370 bases of DNA from a phage. The notes under the pieces were generated by a model. It saw only the letters and a program-made list of their open reading frames with translations. It searched no databases and had not been told where the DNA came from. The translations under genes and the position numbers were made by a program. The DNA lies in the sequence record BH153100.1. One strand, written 5' to 3'. How positions within the stretch are numbered: position 1 is the first letter of the stretch; the number at the start of each line of letters is the position of its first letter. Shown in pieces: positions 1-370 of this stretch.

Positions 1-1
1 A

Positions 2-322
2 ATCTATAATAAGTTTGTGAATGCGGGTAAAGATTCGCCTAATGACGTAGAAGGTCAGGTGTATACTCTGTATCGTACTCGTCACACAATCAGTAAATTG
101 CGCCCTGCTTTCGTTAGCAGTCAATACAACATTACGCATTTTGTATGGATGCATAAAGAAGATATTACGTGTCTTATTGATGATACCGATAAACCGAAAC
201 TGCGTGCACTGACTCTTAACGGCATGGTCCAGGAATACGGCATCAATAAAAAGGTACTGGTGTTCCGTCAGAACAACGAAAAAACATATGGAGACTTTCG
301 AGTACATCAAACAGTATTATGA
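2..322 (+). CDS. hypothetical protein, probably 5'-incomplete in this window (C-terminal 101+ aa); family not recognised; possible toxin/effector-like C-terminal domain (speculative)
   Basis: Seen in sequence: frame-2 ORF with no stop from position 2 to TGA 320-322 (track: 17..322, 101 aa from GTG 17). Five further in-frame sense codons lie upstream of GTG 17 (atc tat aat aag ttt), and no AGGAGG-like Shine-Dalgarno precedes GTG 17, so the true start is probably upstream of the window. Internal in-frame ATGs at 149 and 224 also lack a Shine-Dalgarno. A 100+ codon stop-free run in ~40% GC DNA is unlikely by chance. Codon choices (ctg, cgt, ccg, gaa, aaa) fit gamma-proteobacterial coding DNA. 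Product is mildly basic: 14 K+R versus 11 D+E, plus 4 His. Confidence 0.6.
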   Translation: MYNKFVNAGKDSPNDVEGQVYTLYRTRHTISKLRPAFVSSQYNITHFVWMHKEDITCLIDDTDKPKLRALTLNGMVQEYGINKKVLVFRQNNEKTYGDFRVHQTVL

Positions 323-370
323 TGATGATTCTGAAATGACCGTGATTAAAGTGTCTGAGGCCGATGATCT
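288..370 (+). CDS. hypothetical small acidic protein, 3'-incomplete (N-terminal 27 aa visible); candidate immunity/antitoxin-like partner of the upstream ORF (speculative)
   Basis: Seen in sequence: frame 0 is closed by TGA 210-212, first conventional start is ATG 288-290, then stop-free to the window end. Translation: METFEYIKQYYDDDSEMTVIKVSEADD. 9 of 27 residues are acidic and 2 are basic. It overlaps the upstream ORF by 35 nt in a different frame. No clear Shine-Dalgarno precedes ATG 288 (upstream is aacgaaaaaacat); an alternative in-frame start is ATG 336-338, also without one. Start assignment and even coding status are uncertain because only 83 nt are visible. Confidence 0.35.
   Translation, partial: METFEYIKQYYDDDSEMTVIKVSEADD
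319..329. repeat. short trinucleotide repeat ATGATGATGAT (about 3.7 units of ATG, equivalently TGA x3 or GAT x3)
   Basis: Seen in sequence at 319-329. Reads as TGA TGA TGA (320-328) in frame 2, GAT GAT GAT (321-329, Asp-Asp-Asp) in frame 0, and ATG ATG ATG in frame 1. Confidence 0.8.

Noticed and set aside
5-10. Perfect sigma70 -10 consensus hexamer TATAAT at 5-10, about 7 nt upstream of GTG 17 (possible promoter or leaderless start)
   Set aside because: The hexamer lies inside an open reading frame that continues to the window edge (codons tat aat). No -35 element can be assessed because it would fall outside the window. AT-rich DNA produces such hexamers by chance, and leaderless initiation at GTG is unusual. 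It cannot be excluded without upstream sequence and TSS mapping.
131-170. Short direct repeats (attacg at 131-136 and 165-170; gatgat at 179-184, 321-326 and 363-368)
   Set aside because: Hexamer recurrences at this level are expected by chance in 370 bp of AT-rich coding DNA and mostly reflect Asp codon pairs. No spacing or flanking symmetry suggests CRISPR repeats, iterons or inverted-repeat mobile-element ends.
279-285. A6C run (aaaaaac) near the 3' end of ORF1 as a possible slippery site for programmed frameshifting, fusing ORF1 to the frame-0 ORF
   Set aside because: Reaching frame 0 from frame 2 needs a +1 shift, but the run is not a canonical heptamer in the correct phase, no stimulatory hairpin or pseudoknot is evident downstream, and six A's is short for transcriptional slippage. 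Purely speculative.
285-290. CATATG (NdeI site) coinciding exactly with the candidate ORF2 start codon, reminiscent of an engineered expression-vector junction
   Set aside because: Flanking sequence shows no vector ribosome-binding site or T7-type elements (upstream is aacgaaaaaa rather than aaggagatata), and the surrounding sequence is continuous coding DNA. Most likely coincidental.
319-339. Frame-1 ATG ATG ATG ATT CTG AAA TGA mini-ORF beginning with the classic ATGA start/stop overlap at the ORF1 stop
   Set aside because: Only 6 codons before a stop and no ribosome-binding site; too short to call a gene. The frame-0 reading is the only one open to the window end.
1-370. Reverse-strand coding, tRNA or ncRNA genes, intrinsic terminators
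   Set aside because: The supplied six-frame track reports no reverse-strand ORF. I see no GC-rich stem followed by a T-tract and no tRNA-like cloverleaf signature. Nothing supportable.

Overview
A 370-bp, AT-rich window (about 40% G+C by hand count, 147 of 370) that is almost entirely coding on the + strand. One open reading frame (frame 2) runs from the left edge to a TGA at 320-322; the track starts it at GTG 17, but the frame is open to position 2 and no Shine-Dalgarno precedes 17, so it is probably the C-terminal ~100 aa of a longer protein. A second frame (frame 0) opens after a TGA at 210-212, has its first ATG at 288, and runs open to the right edge, encoding a strongly acidic N-terminus (METFEYIKQYYDDDSEMTVIKVSEADD). 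The two frames overlap by 35 nt at an ATGATGATGAT trinucleotide repeat that gives three tandem stops in frame 2 and Asp-Asp-Asp in frame 0. I do not recognise either protein. The layout (mildly basic C-terminal domain, overlapping acidic small ORF, low GC with enterobacterial-style codons) is consistent with a horizontally acquired toxin/immunity-like or toxin/antitoxin-like pair, but that is inference from architecture and composition only. No RNA genes, CRISPR repeats, mobile-element ends or intrinsic terminators are visible.
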